Of a stretch of 64,000 nucleotides of DNA, positions 16,925 to 27,168 are shown piece after piece (position 1 is the first letter of the stretch; each line of letters begins with the position of its first letter). A program made the translations under genes and the position numbers. Below the pieces are notes generated by a model. That model was not told the DNA's origin. It made no database searches and worked only from the letters and a program-made list of their open reading frames with translations. The stretch spans positions 80,983 to 144,982 of the forward strand of contig CP011209.1 of NCBI GenBank assembly GCA_001029635.1. The letters run 5' to 3'. The DNA is from Candidatus Wolfebacteria bacterium GW2011_GWB1_47_1. Its GTDB lineage: Bacteria; Patescibacteriota; Minisyncoccia; UBA6257; UBA9933.

Positions 16925-19900
16925 TTAATTAATCTCGAAATACATATCATGAACACCAACATCACGTCCTTCGCTCCCCACGTATGTCGTCAATCCTCCG
17001 TTCACATATGCGCCATACTCAGCAGCACCATACACACTACTTAGAGCATCGGACGGCGGGATAAAGTACAAAACATAATTAATAGCAGGATCAAGTGCGA
17101 TCAAATTGCCAAAATCAAACACCATCGACGTCTTTACATCCGCGACGTTATTTTCTTCACTTGAATAAACCTCTGCGATACTTGTCTTTGCACACGAAGC
17201 GAGGTCGGTACAAATGCCGACGCGCCATCGCCCGGCCCTTTCGCTTTCGCCATAGATCCGAACTATTTTTATTGATGAGATAGCATTCTTTCCAATTACC
17301 TGCTGATAACGCGCTTTTACGGTCGGGGTAGAGCGTATGGAATCATTCAGCTGGGAGAGCGTTGCGGGGCCGGAAGGGAACGCCACTACATCACTATCGA
17401 CAAAATCGGTCGTTGTTGATTCTGTAGACGTGGGTTCAGGTTCGAGTACGACTACAGGCATAACATTTTCCATCCCTGGAGTTGATGATGCCGCTTGCCA
17501 TACATCGCCGAACTTTTGCAATGAATTACCGTCGCCCTGTGCGCCGGTAGCCGATGCGTACATTGTTGTATCGATAACCAAGTCGCCATTCTTTAACACA
17601 AGAAATTCGCCCTCATTACTCAATGAGAACGTGCTATCAAAAAGCGTTCCAGTAAAACCGCTGTTATCAGCAAGAAACGCCGTACTATCATTTCCAATAA
17701 CCGCATACCCCGCCGGAAGTAGCGAGGGACTGCCTTGTTTTAGAGTCAGCCCATGATGCGTTTCGTTCTCGTAGAATTTCCATTCGGCAATATCAACAGT
17801 TGTGGTCCCGTTATTATACAACTCAATCCACTCGCGACCCTCATCAGCCCCCGGGAGGTCATACATGGCCTCGTTAATAATAACCGGATAAAACTGCATT
17901 ATAGTGGTTGTGGCAGTAGTGGTAGCAATATCTTCTGTCGAAGACTCAGTTACCTGCGTTGTTGTCGCAAGTGCAATAGAACTGATCGCAAAATACATAT
18001 CCGCGAGACCCGTATCGATTGCCTCATTGATGTAATAGGGCTCATATTGTCCAAACGCATACAACTTTCCGCCGAGATATACATCAGCAGCAGATCCCCG
18101 AATATGCGATACTCTATCTTTGGCAGGAACGCTTCCCGTCGGTTCAACAAACAGCGCATATAGCATGCCAGCATCAAGCGCCACGGGTTCATTAAATCCA
18201 AACGTAAGCAACGTTTCAGTATCTCCACCAGGCATATCCCGATCAGCAAAGGCCTGAACCAAAACAGTTGAGCACTTGAGAGTCAACGGGTTGAATGCAC
18301 AAACGCCACCTCTCCACTTACCCGCAACTCCCGAACCATATACCGAAAAAGATCCGACGGTATACGAAGTACTGGTCGCTAATGATTGATAATAGGTTAT
18401 CACGCTCAACCCTCCCGAATCGGCACTGTGAATTGACTGCGAAGACGTTGCATACATATCCGCAGTCGTCGTGGCCACATTAACAATAGGCGCACTGTTT
18501 ATGCGCCCGGGAGTCGAAGATGCGGCAACCCAAACGCCATCAATCAATTGCAGTGAAGCACCATCACCGTAGGCACCTGTACTCGACGCATAGGAAGTCG
18601 AGTCTATGGTCAACGTGCCATTTTTAAAAGAAAGCTGTTCTCCGTCATTGTTAAGCGAAAAGGAGCTTTCAAGAATACTCCCGGTAAACCCTGCGTTATC
18701 CTTTAAAAATTCATCTTTACTTCCCGTGATAATTACATAGCCATCAACCGACATAACGGAAGATCCCTGCACAGCAGCGAGTTCATGGTTCACCTCGCCC
18801 TCGAATAATTTCCAATCTAGAATATCAACAGTAGTCGAACCGGTATTGCGCAGCTCTATCCATTCCCGATTTGTATCAGCCCCCGGTAGATCATACATGA
18901 TCTCGTTGATGGTAACCGGATAAAACTGCGGTTCGGCAATCGAAAGCGAATCGCCACCGCGCCCACTTTGCGCCGAACTCAAAGAAACGGAAATTCCCCC
19001 GCCATTTGAATACGTGACGCCGGCAGAATTTTCTTTCTTAGGTGTTCCTCCCACGCTCGAAGATGTGCGCCAGCCACCACCTGAGTTGCGCTCCATCGTC
19101 TGCTTGGAATCATTACTCCCTGCAGTCCAATGCGCCGCAACGGGGATCTCGTCAACAATACTGCACGAGGAATCAAACAAATGCAGTCCATCGCTGGAAT
19201 TTCCGAGCGCACCCGAATAAATAAGATCTGCCGTGACGCCAACCGCAGAATTATTATCGGTTCGCTCCAGAAGCACGATCTGCCCTGCCTTAACGGTTGA
19301 ATTTTTTAAATCATCTAATCGAATTTTAACGCCACCTCCTTTGTTTAATAATTGCCAACCCGAAACATCGACATCGTTTGAAGAAACGTTTTTGAGCTCG
19401 ATCCACTCGTCACCTGCACTGCGCACACCGCCCATCCATGCCACCTCATTTATAACGACACCCCTCTGTATAGATTTAGTGGTAGACCCATATGGGCATA
19501 AAGGAGCATCTAATTGCTTTGACGAAGCACTCTTCACTAGCTCTACCTCCTGCGCATCAGACTCAACAACTTCGGGCTTTTTCTTCTCTAGGGCAAGTAC
19601 CGTTTTATCTTGCACTTGCGCTTCCTTCTGCAATTGAGCTATCTGCAGCTTTAACGCAGCAATCTCATCATTCTTCTTTGTAGCCGCGTCTTTTTTAACC
19701 GTAGTCGTATTGGGACCGGCAGACGCATCCGCTTCGTCATTACTACCGGTATCAAGCTCACTGGATTCCAGTCCTACACTGCCCACATCAGTCAATCCAT
19801 TGTCGTTAGTAAACAACCCTCCGACAAATTTTGCCGAAGAAGTAATGCCATTTCCGATAGCACCCAGTACGTTTCCAAAGAACGCTCCTGTCTTCACTGT

Positions 19901-20983
19901 AACACTCTTCACACCACCCCAAATAGAACTAACAACGTTAGAAGCCCTTGCGACAATACTCGGCTTCGGCGTTTCTTCTTTCAAAAAATCAGGATCTTGT
20001 CGAGCCTTTTCAACATCGTGGAAGAATAGGTCAATCACCCCAGCGCTATAGTGAACCGTACGGACGGAAAGAAGGGACCAGTAGGATTCCATAACTAAAT
20101 CCTTAGTCACAGAAGTATTAGCACTATTCGTTCCATAAATATCATCTAGATTTCGCTGGGCAACTAAGAAATATTGACTCCCCTCATCATCCTTACTCTT
20201 AAAATAATACCATCCGTCATTTTTAGACTCAGCAGTCTTAAAATCAAGCTCCGGGAAATCGTACGCCCCTATAGATTCGGGACTATAGAAATATTTATTG
20301 GAATACTTTGCCAACCCATCGAAGTACTTATCGAGCGAACGAAGACTGACGGGCTTTTTATCTCCGATGCGACTCCTAAGCTGATCATCAGGACTATTTG
20401 AATCGTACCGGGCTGTGTATTCTTCATATTTACTACCCTTTACGTGACTGTCGTTTCTTGTATGCTCAGGTACCCCCATATCCTCCATAAGATGGAGAAT
20501 GTGGCCGAGCACCTCCATGGCCATTGCTTCGTCGCCATTAAGCCAATAGCGAATCCCCTCATTCCATGCAAAGTTCGAGGTTGGATAAAATCCTTCTATT
20601 TTTTCTTTATCAACCGGAGCAAGAGAGGAATCCGAAAGGAGTGTGTATTCAACACCGCCCTGACTCACTAAGTCATTAGCCCATTCCTTCGCCGACTCAC
20701 CGTCAAGAAGACCATCACTAAGCCCCGCATCATTAATGGGATCATAAAAATGATTCCGATACCGAGGATCGTCATCCTCGTGGATAGATCCGTCTATCAA
20801 GAAGCGCTTCAGATCAGCAGATATCTTATTCTCCGCCGTGTTTTTGTTATACAGCTCGATTGCTTCAGCAGTTAGATAGGCATGCGTATTGACTTCGTAT
20901 CCATACACCAATTGCGCAGAAAAAAATAAACCAACCACCAGTAGAAGCGAGGGAATCAAAACGCCAAATTTTCTATTTTCCAT
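16925..20983 (-). CDS. giant secreted protein: N-terminal Zn-dependent phospholipase C-like domain + coiled coil + three lamin-tail-domain (LTD) repeats
   Basis: 1352 aa; signal peptide; HFYDPINDAG matches the PLC zinc-binding region (B. cereus ASHFYDPD). LTD signatures VINEVAWMGG...EWIELKN, QFYPVTINEIMYD...REWIELRN, QFYPVIINEAMYD...REWIELYN. Two ~300-aa internal tandem repeats. Confidence 0.7.
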   Translation of the reverse strand: MENRKFGVLIPSLLLVVGLFFSAQLVYGYEVNTHAYLTAEAIELYNKNTAENKISADLKRFLIDGSIHEDDDPRYRNHFYDPINDAGLSDGLLDGESAKEWANDLVSQGGVEYTLLSDSSLAPVDKEKIEGFYPTSNFAWNEGIRYWLNGDEAMAMEVLGHILHLMEDMGVPEHTRNDSHVKGSKYEEYTARYDSNSPDDQLRSRIGDKKPVSLRSLDKYFDGLAKYSNKYFYSPESIGAYDFPELDFKTAESKNDGWYYFKSKDDEGSQYFLVAQRNLDDIYGTNSANTSVTKDLVMESYWSLLSVRTVHYSAGVIDLFFHDVEKARQDPDFLKEETPKPSIVARASNVVSSIWGGVKSVTVKTGAFFGNVLGAIGNGITSSAKFVGGLFTNDNGLTDVGSVGLESSELDTGSNDEADASAGPNTTTVKKDAATKKNDEIAALKLQIAQLQKEAQVQDKTVLALEKKKPEVVESDAQEVELVKSASSKQLDAPLCPYGSTTKSIQRGVVINEVAWMGGVRSAGDEWIELKNVSSNDVDVSGWQLLNKGGGVKIRLDDLKNSTVKAGQIVLLERTDNNSAVGVTADLIYSGALGNSSDGLHLFDSSCSIVDEIPVAAHWTAGSNDSKQTMERNSGGGWRTSSSVGGTPKKENSAGVTYSNGGGISVSLSSAQSGRGGDSLSIAEPQFYPVTINEIMYDLPGADTNREWIELRNTGSTTVDILDWKLFEGEVNHELAAVQGSSVMSVDGYVIITGSKDEFLKDNAGFTGSILESSFSLNNDGEQLSFKNGTLTIDSTSYASSTGAYGDGASLQLIDGVWVAASSTPGRINSAPIVNVATTTADMYATSSQSIHSADSGGLSVITYYQSLATSTSYTVGSFSVYGSGVAGKWRGGVCAFNPLTLKCSTVLVQAFADRDMPGGDTETLLTFGFNEPVALDAGMLYALFVEPTGSVPAKDRVSHIRGSAADVYLGGKLYAFGQYEPYYINEAIDTGLADMYFAISSIALATTTQVTESSTEDIATTTATTTIMQFYPVIINEAMYDLPGADEGREWIELYNNGTTTVDIAEWKFYENETHHGLTLKQGSPSLLPAGYAVIGNDSTAFLADNSGFTGTLFDSTFSLSNEGEFLVLKNGDLVIDTTMYASATGAQGDGNSLQKFGDVWQAASSTPGMENVMPVVVLEPEPTSTESTTTDFVDSDVVAFPSGPATLSQLNDSIRSTPTVKARYQQVIGKNAISSIKIVRIYGESERAGRWRVGICTDLASCAKTSIAEVYSSEENNVADVKTSMVFDFGNLIALDPAINYVLYFIPPSDALSSVYGAAEYGAYVNGGLTTYVGSEGRDVGVHDMYFEIN

Positions 20984-21609
20984 ACGCTTGAATATTTATC
21001 CTTAGTTATTTCAACACCTATCTGAGCTCTTCCATTCTCAAGATAAGAAAACCAGACATTATTATCCGAGGAGTTTGAATCTTTTTCCAACTTCGCCTTC
21101 CCTAAATAATCAAGCAGCGTCTCAAACTTTCCCTCCGCACGAATCCGATCGAGATTTGCTATCAGCATGTCCTGCCGCTTCTGCGGTTCAATCACAAAAT
21201 ATTTTTCCGCTTGCTCAATGTCGCCTTTTTTTAACGCCGCAGTAAATAACTGCAACGTTTCTTCCGGCGTTGCGCCGCCATCCTTGTCATTCTTCAACCG
21301 CTCTTGCAGTTCGCTCATCGCTTGCTGATTGCGCTCCATGCCCTCCACAAATTCCATATCCTCCTGCTTCTGTATGTACATACCAATGGCAGGGATGCCG
21401 ATAAATCCGACCAATAACAATGCAAAAAATCCTCCAATAAACTTCCAATAATGGTTTTTGATCGAGCCTTGCTCACTGTTCCCATTAGTTCCCTTATCCC
21501 GTTGTTCCGTCCCCGCAATGCCGTTCTCCCCTAAAAGCTCTGCGTCCTTTTCCAAATATTGTGCAATAATACCTTCCTTTTGCTGTTCTTCCATAGTTTT
21601 CTTTGTCAT
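20956..21609 (-). CDS. hypothetical single-pass membrane protein
   Basis: 217 aa, one TM helix (FIGGFFALLLVGFIGIPAIGMYI), charged N-terminus; overlaps downstream gene start by 28 nt. Confidence 0.4.
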   Translation of the reverse strand: MTKKTMEEQQKEGIIAQYLEKDAELLGENGIAGTEQRDKGTNGNSEQGSIKNHYWKFIGGFFALLLVGFIGIPAIGMYIQKQEDMEFVEGMERNQQAMSELQERLKNDKDGGATPEETLQLFTAALKKGDIEQAEKYFVIEPQKRQDMLIANLDRIRAEGKFETLLDYLGKAKLEKDSNSSDNNVWFSYLENGRAQIGVEITKDKYSSVWKIENLAF

Positions 21610-21790
21610 TCCTGCGCATGCAGAAATCCATTACCCTAATTAATTTTTCCTAACCTTTTACGTCGTCATTCCGATCTCATTCGACAGGCTCAGGGCAAAC
21701 TCCGAAGTACTCTTCGGAGTCGAGGAATTTGTTGCAGATTAGTCGACTGCACTCCCTTTCGCTCGGGATGACAGAGTGGGCAAGCTCACA
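21605..21790. repeat. cluster of degenerate GTCATTCC-type hairpin repeats (REP-like) next to the RAYT gene
   Basis: GTCATTCCTGCGCATGCAGAAATCC (21605-21629), GTCATTCCGAT...CTCCGAAGTACTCTTCGGAG, and an inverted GTCATCCCGAGCGAAAGGGAGTG copy (~21741-21775). Confidence 0.4.
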
Positions 21791-21943
21791 AAATAAAAAC
21801 GGGCGTCAAAGACCCCGCATTCCAAAAAAATTACTGAATAAAGTTGTTGTCGATCATCTTCTTCATCTGTCGATAACAAAGTGAAATAGAGAAACGACGC
21901 AAGTGGATACAGTATACCATACTTTTATTTTGTATGCACAAAT

Positions 21944-22737
21944 ATGTACGTCATCTGATGACGTACATACCGGAATATTATTTTTCCAGAAGAACATCAT
22001 ATATTTCTCCAATACTGATATCCTTCACCCATTGATCCAACGCCTGCGCATACCCCTTCTCTCCTCCAAAAAATTCGAGCAGCAATTCTCGCTGTGTAAC
22101 CGATGGAAAGTTTTTCTTTCCTAAATAATCCAAGTGACTCGACCACCGATAATTCTCCAAGTAACTCATCGCATCAGCATGATTATGTACAGCACGCTCT
22201 CGCCACCCATAATCAAACATATCGAGTGGATTTAAGTGAATATAATATGGCAGATGAACAAAATGTGCATGCGCCGTAACTAATATCGACTTATATCTCC
22301 CTTCAAATAGTGTCCCTTTTCGTTCATATCGTTCATTAAAATATCGCGAATACCCCATATTTAATTTCTTCATAAACTTCGAGATGCCACCTTCGATCGC
22401 GGGACTAAGTAATAGATGATAATGATTTGGCATTAAACAGAAAGCATGAATATGAACCAAAAGCTTCCGGGTATGTCCTTCATCTATGGCGATATGTCCT
22501 TCGTCGGCTATTTGCTTGGCTTTTTCGAAAATGCGGTGACTCGTACCAACAGATTCAACGTCATTAAACTCATAAAGGTCATGAATAAATCTAAGATAAT
22601 CAAAAGTATCCTTAAAAATTTCTCGCTTATCGACTCCCCGAGTCAACGCATGATAAAGATCTGCCATATAATACATCGTACTACAATACACGCGCCATCG
22701 CTACATATGTACGTCATCTGATGACGTGCATATGTAG
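21944..22737 (-). mobile_element. IS200/IS605-like element: HUH Y1 transposase (RAYT-like) flanked by palindromic hairpins
   Basis: Flanks are ATGTACGTCATC-T-GATGACGTACAT (21944-21968) and an 18+1+18 version with one mismatch (22701-22737). A third inverted copy is at 22921-22945. Confidence 0.65.
21978..22691 (-). CDS. IS200-like / REP-associated tyrosine transposase (HUH Y1)
   Basis: 237 aa; HUH motif HAFCLMPNHYHLLL and catalytic YRWSS region. Confidence 0.75.
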   Translation of the reverse strand: MYCSTMYYMADLYHALTRGVDKREIFKDTFDYLRFIHDLYEFNDVESVGTSHRIFEKAKQIADEGHIAIDEGHTRKLLVHIHAFCLMPNHYHLLLSPAIEGGISKFMKKLNMGYSRYFNERYERKGTLFEGRYKSILVTAHAHFVHLPYYIHLNPLDMFDYGWRERAVHNHADAMSYLENYRWSSHLDYLGKKNFPSVTQRELLLEFFGGEKGYAQALDQWVKDISIGEIYDVLLEK

Positions 22738-22920
22738 ATGAGAAGCGCCTTCAGAAGCTTTCCTACTCCGCGCTCATAGGTTTATCGTATATGTCATATA
22801 TCATGGCTAATTTGACCCATTTTATGGCATTAAAGGGCACGACAAATACCTTATCACATCGCTTTATATACCTGTTAACTATTTTTCAGTCTAGCATAAG
22901 GGAATCCCACCTGATGCGGA

Positions 22921-22945
22921 ATGTACGTCATCAGATGACGTACAT
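22921..22945. repeat. third copy (inverted orientation) of the RAYT-associated palindrome
   Basis: ATGTACGTCATC-A-GATGACGTACAT. Confidence 0.6.
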
Positions 22946-22960
22946 ATTTTTATAAAACAA

Positions 22961-22989
22961 AAGACCCACACATTGTGTGGGTCTTTTGA
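22961..22989. terminator. bidirectional terminator-like hairpin
   Basis: AAGACCCACAC-ATT-GTGTGGGTCTT perfect 11-bp stem with A-run before and T-run after. Confidence 0.5.
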
Positions 22990-23387
22990 AAGTATTTTAT
23001 TGCTTCGTGGTCATCATATACATAATCCTGCCTTCGCAGTCATGCACATGTCTTGCGTCAACCATGAAGTTTTTTGCTTATTCGCATCTGGCGAATAAGT
23101 ACATGGGATTTGATTTGGTTGTCCCGACTCCCTTTTGTCAAAGACGAAAGGCTTGCGTGAATCGGAGCCAAACGATTGTTTAGTTCTTTTATCCTTTGCG
23201 ATAAAAGATTCAAAGTTTTGTTCATATCGGTTTTCCCGGACCACCCTCCCCTAGACGAATCAAGGGGAGAATGACCTGGGTCACACACACCTATTACAGG
23301 AGTAGTGAGACCGATATTCAGAATTGGTTTCCTCAAGCCGCCGAAGCGACTTGAGGATAGAGTTCAGTCAAACGATAAGCAAGAAGC

Positions 23388-26300
23388 TTATTGTCGTACT
23401 GAGTAGCTCTGGGTTGGGAAGTTATACAAGTTGGCAGCAGTCAATCCAAGTCCGCCTCCTGTTACATCATCCCAAAGGAAATTCGTGGTTCCCTGCACCT
23501 GTGCAGAAACTGCAGCAGTTGCACCTGAAGATACTACGCCGCCAGTGTTGGTTGCGAAGAGGCTAAAGGTCTTCGAGGTTCCCGCCGGGATGGAATATCC
23601 ATCGCTGGTGGTTGCGGTATCACCAAAGTCAACAGTGATGACCGGGGAAGTGGTCGAAGTGGTGGTTGTTGCGGTCGTTCCGCTGATGGTCGTTGAACCA
23701 TCTGCGATGCGAACAGCCGAGAGAGCAGGACCAGTGCTGAATCCTGAGTATCCAATGTTGAATACCAACTTGTTCAGCTTGATGTCACCCTTTGCGTCAG
23801 CAATGACGGTGACTTCTCCGATCTTGTTCTCAGAACCAAGCAACAATCCGCCCTGCTGAGTTCCATTGACGGTCAAGCTCGGCTTAGAAGCAACGAGCTG
23901 CATCGCATTGGAAACAAGCGTGGTGGAAGCTGTGGTCAAAGTAGCAGAAGTGTTTCCACTGGTGTACTTAACAGCAGTAAGCGTGATGGTATCAACCGCA
24001 GCAGACTGCGAAGCGATTCCACCATTCGTGTTAACGTTACCAAAGGTTACGTCAACAGCAATGTTCAATCCAGAAGCACCGGCCGGAACAGCAATGTTCA
24101 AACCAGTTACTACATTACCTGAAGTTGCAGTGATCGTCTTGGTAACTCCACCAACCTTGAGCGCAGTGATTGCGTCGGTTGAAGTAGCTACGTCGAAGGT
24201 CAACTCAGTGATTGTTACCGGAGCAGTTGAAGCCTTTACGTTATAGGTAACGGTCGGCATAACGGTTCCAGAAACAACGAGCTGGCTCGGAGCAGACGAC
24301 GAAAGCTTAGTTACATCAGCCGCTACGAGAGTTGCCGTGTTGGCAGTCATCGAAACGCCAGTTGCAGCTGCGGTCGTCGAAACACCTGAGCTGATTCCGC
24401 GGTATGAAGAAGTTGCGTTCGTAAGAACAGATGCTGTTGAAGAAGCAGAAGCTCCAAGATCAGCAGTAACTTCAAATACCTTGGTCGAATTCATCGGGAC
24501 AACAACATCCATCGTGAAGTTGTTGGCCGCAGTCGGCTGAGCAACGATGGTTGCTGAGTCGGTTACGCGCAAGTTGGAGATGTTCGAAAGAGCCATCTGT
24601 CCTGCGGTAACAACCAAACCAACTGCCATGTTCGTGACTCGGACATCCTCGTAGTTAGAGTTCGAGATCGTGAACGATCCAAGCTTAACATTCGAGTTCG
24701 GAGTAACGGTCTGGCCCAAGAATCCTCCAGTCTTGCTAAAGGAAACAGTAGCAGAACCAATGGTCAAGTTCTTTCCGGTTGCAGAAGCGCTCGTGGCAGT
24801 AGCCTGAGACTGCTGTCCGCGTCCAACAAAGGAGGTTACGTCAACCTGCACAGATCCTGCGGTGTAGTTGTTGCCAGCTCCATCGCGCAAATCTCCGCGC
24901 ACTTCAAGGGTAACAGTTCCAGCTGCCGGGATGATCATGTTTGCGCCCGGAGTGAATGTAAGGGTTCCAGAAGTCCAGTTCTGTGAAGAACCGACTGCTA
25001 CGCCATTTACATACAACGTTGCATTCTGGATCTTAGCACCGGAAACATATCCAGTGAAGGTTCCAGACGGGGTCAAAACCAACGTTTCGATCTTAACATC
25101 TTCTCCGTATGCCTTGAAAGCAAACTTACCAAGGATAACATTTGAAGATCCACCCACTACCTGAGTAGCAGAGTAAGACTGATCCTGGTTAACCGTTACG
25201 GTCCCCTTCTGGATCTGGAAGTTGTAACCATAGACGTTAGCTCCACTGATCGGGGCGATAAACGCACCCATAACCTGTGAATCCTCAATCATATAGTCAG
25301 CCAAGTTCTGTATATAGAACTGAGCAGATCGATCTGAACCCTTTACGAAGTCGCCGCGCAACTCAATAGTGCGGTTGCCAGCAGCCATATTTACCGGAGA
25401 TCCGGAGAAGTCGAAGGCAACAAGGCCATTCGCATTCACAGTCGCAGTAGAACCAACCTTTACACTATCAACAAAGACGGAAAGGTTTGCAACTGAATCA
25501 GATGAAGCAGAACCGACGTACTTGAAGGTGATTCCCTTCAATACAACGGCGCGAGTTCCAATAGTAAAGGTTGAATTCCAAACGCTCTGGTTAACTGCAC
25601 CAGCATCTACGTTCAAGTTGGTGTTCCCTTGGCTGTTGGTCTGCAAGGTTACAGTAGCCAATGAAGCGGCCGAGATCTGCATCGTATTACCCTTTACGCC
25701 GGTAACTGCAGTTGCAGTTCCACCGCTCATGGTGTACGAAACAACTTCGATCGCAACAGTGGTCTGGCTTGTTGTAGCTGTCGAAGGAACATCTCCTCGG
25801 ATCTCGATAGCCTTTGGAGAAGTGAACAATCCAGACGGATTGTTGAAGGTGATCATGCCTTCTGCATTGATGGAAGCTGCATCAGAGATGCGGGTATTTC
25901 CATCGTACAAGTAGACATTAGTCAACACATCATTGGTCGAAAGACCAGTGCGGCGGAGCTGCAAGTTGGTAACTGCACCGGTTCCTGAGAACTGGAGAGA
26001 AACCATACGAGCGGCTGCCTGTCCTGCTACGATGTATCCTGCTGCCGGGTTATTGGAAGCGAGAGATACCGGACCGGTTGCGGTCGGAGTAGTAGGAGTA
26101 GTAGGAGTAGTCGGAGTGGTCGGAGTGGTCGGAGTTGTGCTCGTCATCATTCCGTTTACTTTGCCGCGAGTCAACGCGCCAAAGTATCCAACTGCTGGGG
26201 AAATGCCGTTAGCTGCCTGGAACTTTGCCAAAGCTGCTTTAGTTGCATTACCGAAGTAAGCGGTCGGGGTTGCGAGAACCAGGTGTCCTTGTGCAACAAG

Positions 26301-26552
26301 GAACTTCTGGAGCTCAGTGACATCTGCTCCACGTGAACCAACAGTGAGGTTGCGGGTAAACGTGTACGACGATGTCATTGTCGTTGCCGGAGTTCCGGAC
26401 AACTGAGTGTTGAGGGCATTGATCTGGGCCATCAAGGCTGCGATCTGTGCCTGCAACTCTTCAGTCGTCGCGGCCGAAGCCGGAGCTGCTACGCCTGCCA
26501 ACAAGGCAAACGAGAGCACAACGATGGAAAGTTTTTTAAATACTTTACTCAT
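23388..26552 (-). CDS. large secreted S-layer-like surface protein with N-terminal coiled coil, peptidoglycan-binding domain (PG_binding_1-like) and (TP)n linker, then long beta-rich Thr/Ser/Gly/Val region
   Basis: 1054 aa; signal peptide MSKVFKKLSIVVLSFALLAGVAAPASA; GSRGADVTELQKFLVAQGHL...FGNATKAALAKFQAANGIS matches the PG-binding-domain consensus; TTPTTPTTPTTPTTPTTPT linker. Confidence 0.6.
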   Translation of the reverse strand: MSKVFKKLSIVVLSFALLAGVAAPASAATTEELQAQIAALMAQINALNTQLSGTPATTMTSSYTFTRNLTVGSRGADVTELQKFLVAQGHLVLATPTAYFGNATKAALAKFQAANGISPAVGYFGALTRGKVNGMMTSTTPTTPTTPTTPTTPTTPTATGPVSLASNNPAAGYIVAGQAAARMVSLQFSGTGAVTNLQLRRTGLSTNDVLTNVYLYDGNTRISDAASINAEGMITFNNPSGLFTSPKAIEIRGDVPSTATTSQTTVAIEVVSYTMSGGTATAVTGVKGNTMQISAASLATVTLQTNSQGNTNLNVDAGAVNQSVWNSTFTIGTRAVVLKGITFKYVGSASSDSVANLSVFVDSVKVGSTATVNANGLVAFDFSGSPVNMAAGNRTIELRGDFVKGSDRSAQFYIQNLADYMIEDSQVMGAFIAPISGANVYGYNFQIQKGTVTVNQDQSYSATQVVGGSSNVILGKFAFKAYGEDVKIETLVLTPSGTFTGYVSGAKIQNATLYVNGVAVGSSQNWTSGTLTFTPGANMIIPAAGTVTLEVRGDLRDGAGNNYTAGSVQVDVTSFVGRGQQSQATATSASATGKNLTIGSATVSFSKTGGFLGQTVTPNSNVKLGSFTISNSNYEDVRVTNMAVGLVVTAGQMALSNISNLRVTDSATIVAQPTAANNFTMDVVVPMNSTKVFEVTADLGASASSTASVLTNATSSYRGISSGVSTTAAATGVSMTANTATLVAADVTKLSSSAPSQLVVSGTVMPTVTYNVKASTAPVTITELTFDVATSTDAITALKVGGVTKTITATSGNVVTGLNIAVPAGASGLNIAVDVTFGNVNTNGGIASQSAAVDTITLTAVKYTSGNTSATLTTASTTLVSNAMQLVASKPSLTVNGTQQGGLLLGSENKIGEVTVIADAKGDIKLNKLVFNIGYSGFSTGPALSAVRIADGSTTISGTTATTTTSTTSPVITVDFGDTATTSDGYSIPAGTSKTFSLFATNTGGVVSSGATAAVSAQVQGTTNFLWDDVTGGGLGLTAANLYNFPTQSYSVRQ
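26084..26140. repeat. hexanucleotide tandem repeat (GGAGTA / GTCGGA units) encoding the (Thr-Pro)n linker
   Basis: tcggagtagtaggagtagtaggagtagtcggagtggtcggagtggtcggagt read directly. Confidence 0.6.
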
Positions 26553-26593
26553 TTTAATGTTTATTCTTTTTCAGCGGCAACGAGAGTAGTACT

Positions 26594-26618
26594 GGATTCC
26601 CATTTTCACGGGAATGAC
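26594..26618 (-). repeat. REP-like hairpin (GTCATTCCCGTGAAAATGGGAATCC on minus strand)
   Basis: Same conserved flanks as 1409 / 3476 / 47114 with covarying stem. Confidence 0.5.
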
Positions 26619-27127
26619 AAATAGTTCATTCGTTGTTCGCTTTTGTGTTTTTCAGTAATTCTGAATGGTTAATTTCAATTCTAATTCAATTCGGTCTCAG
26701 AAAGTAATCGCCCCATCAATCGACCAACAGCCGAACCGGTGTGAGGTAAGGTGGCGGTTTGATCAAGGGATACTCTGATTTCTTTCCTCGCACTCGCCGA
26801 ACCGAAGTTCGGCAAGAACGCGAAAGCCTCGCCGGAGCGAGGCTAAATAAGATTCCAAAGAAACGCACAAAAACATCACAATGGATGCCTTTGTGCCTAT
26901 CCCCCACCACCGTGTATGCACAAGGTGTGCGGGGAATTTTTAGAATCTTGGTTTAGCCTCACTCCAAACCAGTTATATACATTGTAAAGTATGCATGCAC
27001 TTTGTCAACAACTGAGACCAGCCAGCGACTAGTATGCATCCATACTTAAGATAACGGTGCTGTCCTGTATTTGTTACACAAACACAGGACAGCGACAAAT
27101 AACTTATAACGAATGACAGGAAATGCA

Positions 27128-27168
27128 GAAAAACAAAGGGTCCGCCGTAGGCGGACCCTTTGTTTTGT
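27128..27168 (-). terminator. rho-independent (bidirectional) terminator
   Basis: AAAGGGTCCGCC-GTA-GGCGGACCCTTT 12-bp perfect stem with T-runs on both strands; 30 nt downstream of the gene end at 27196. Confidence 0.65.

Noticed and set aside
20956-20983. 28-nt overlap between the 217-aa membrane protein gene and the giant LTD protein gene
   Set aside because: Probably reflects ORF-finder start choice for the giant gene (an internal start is likely); not treated as programmed overlap.
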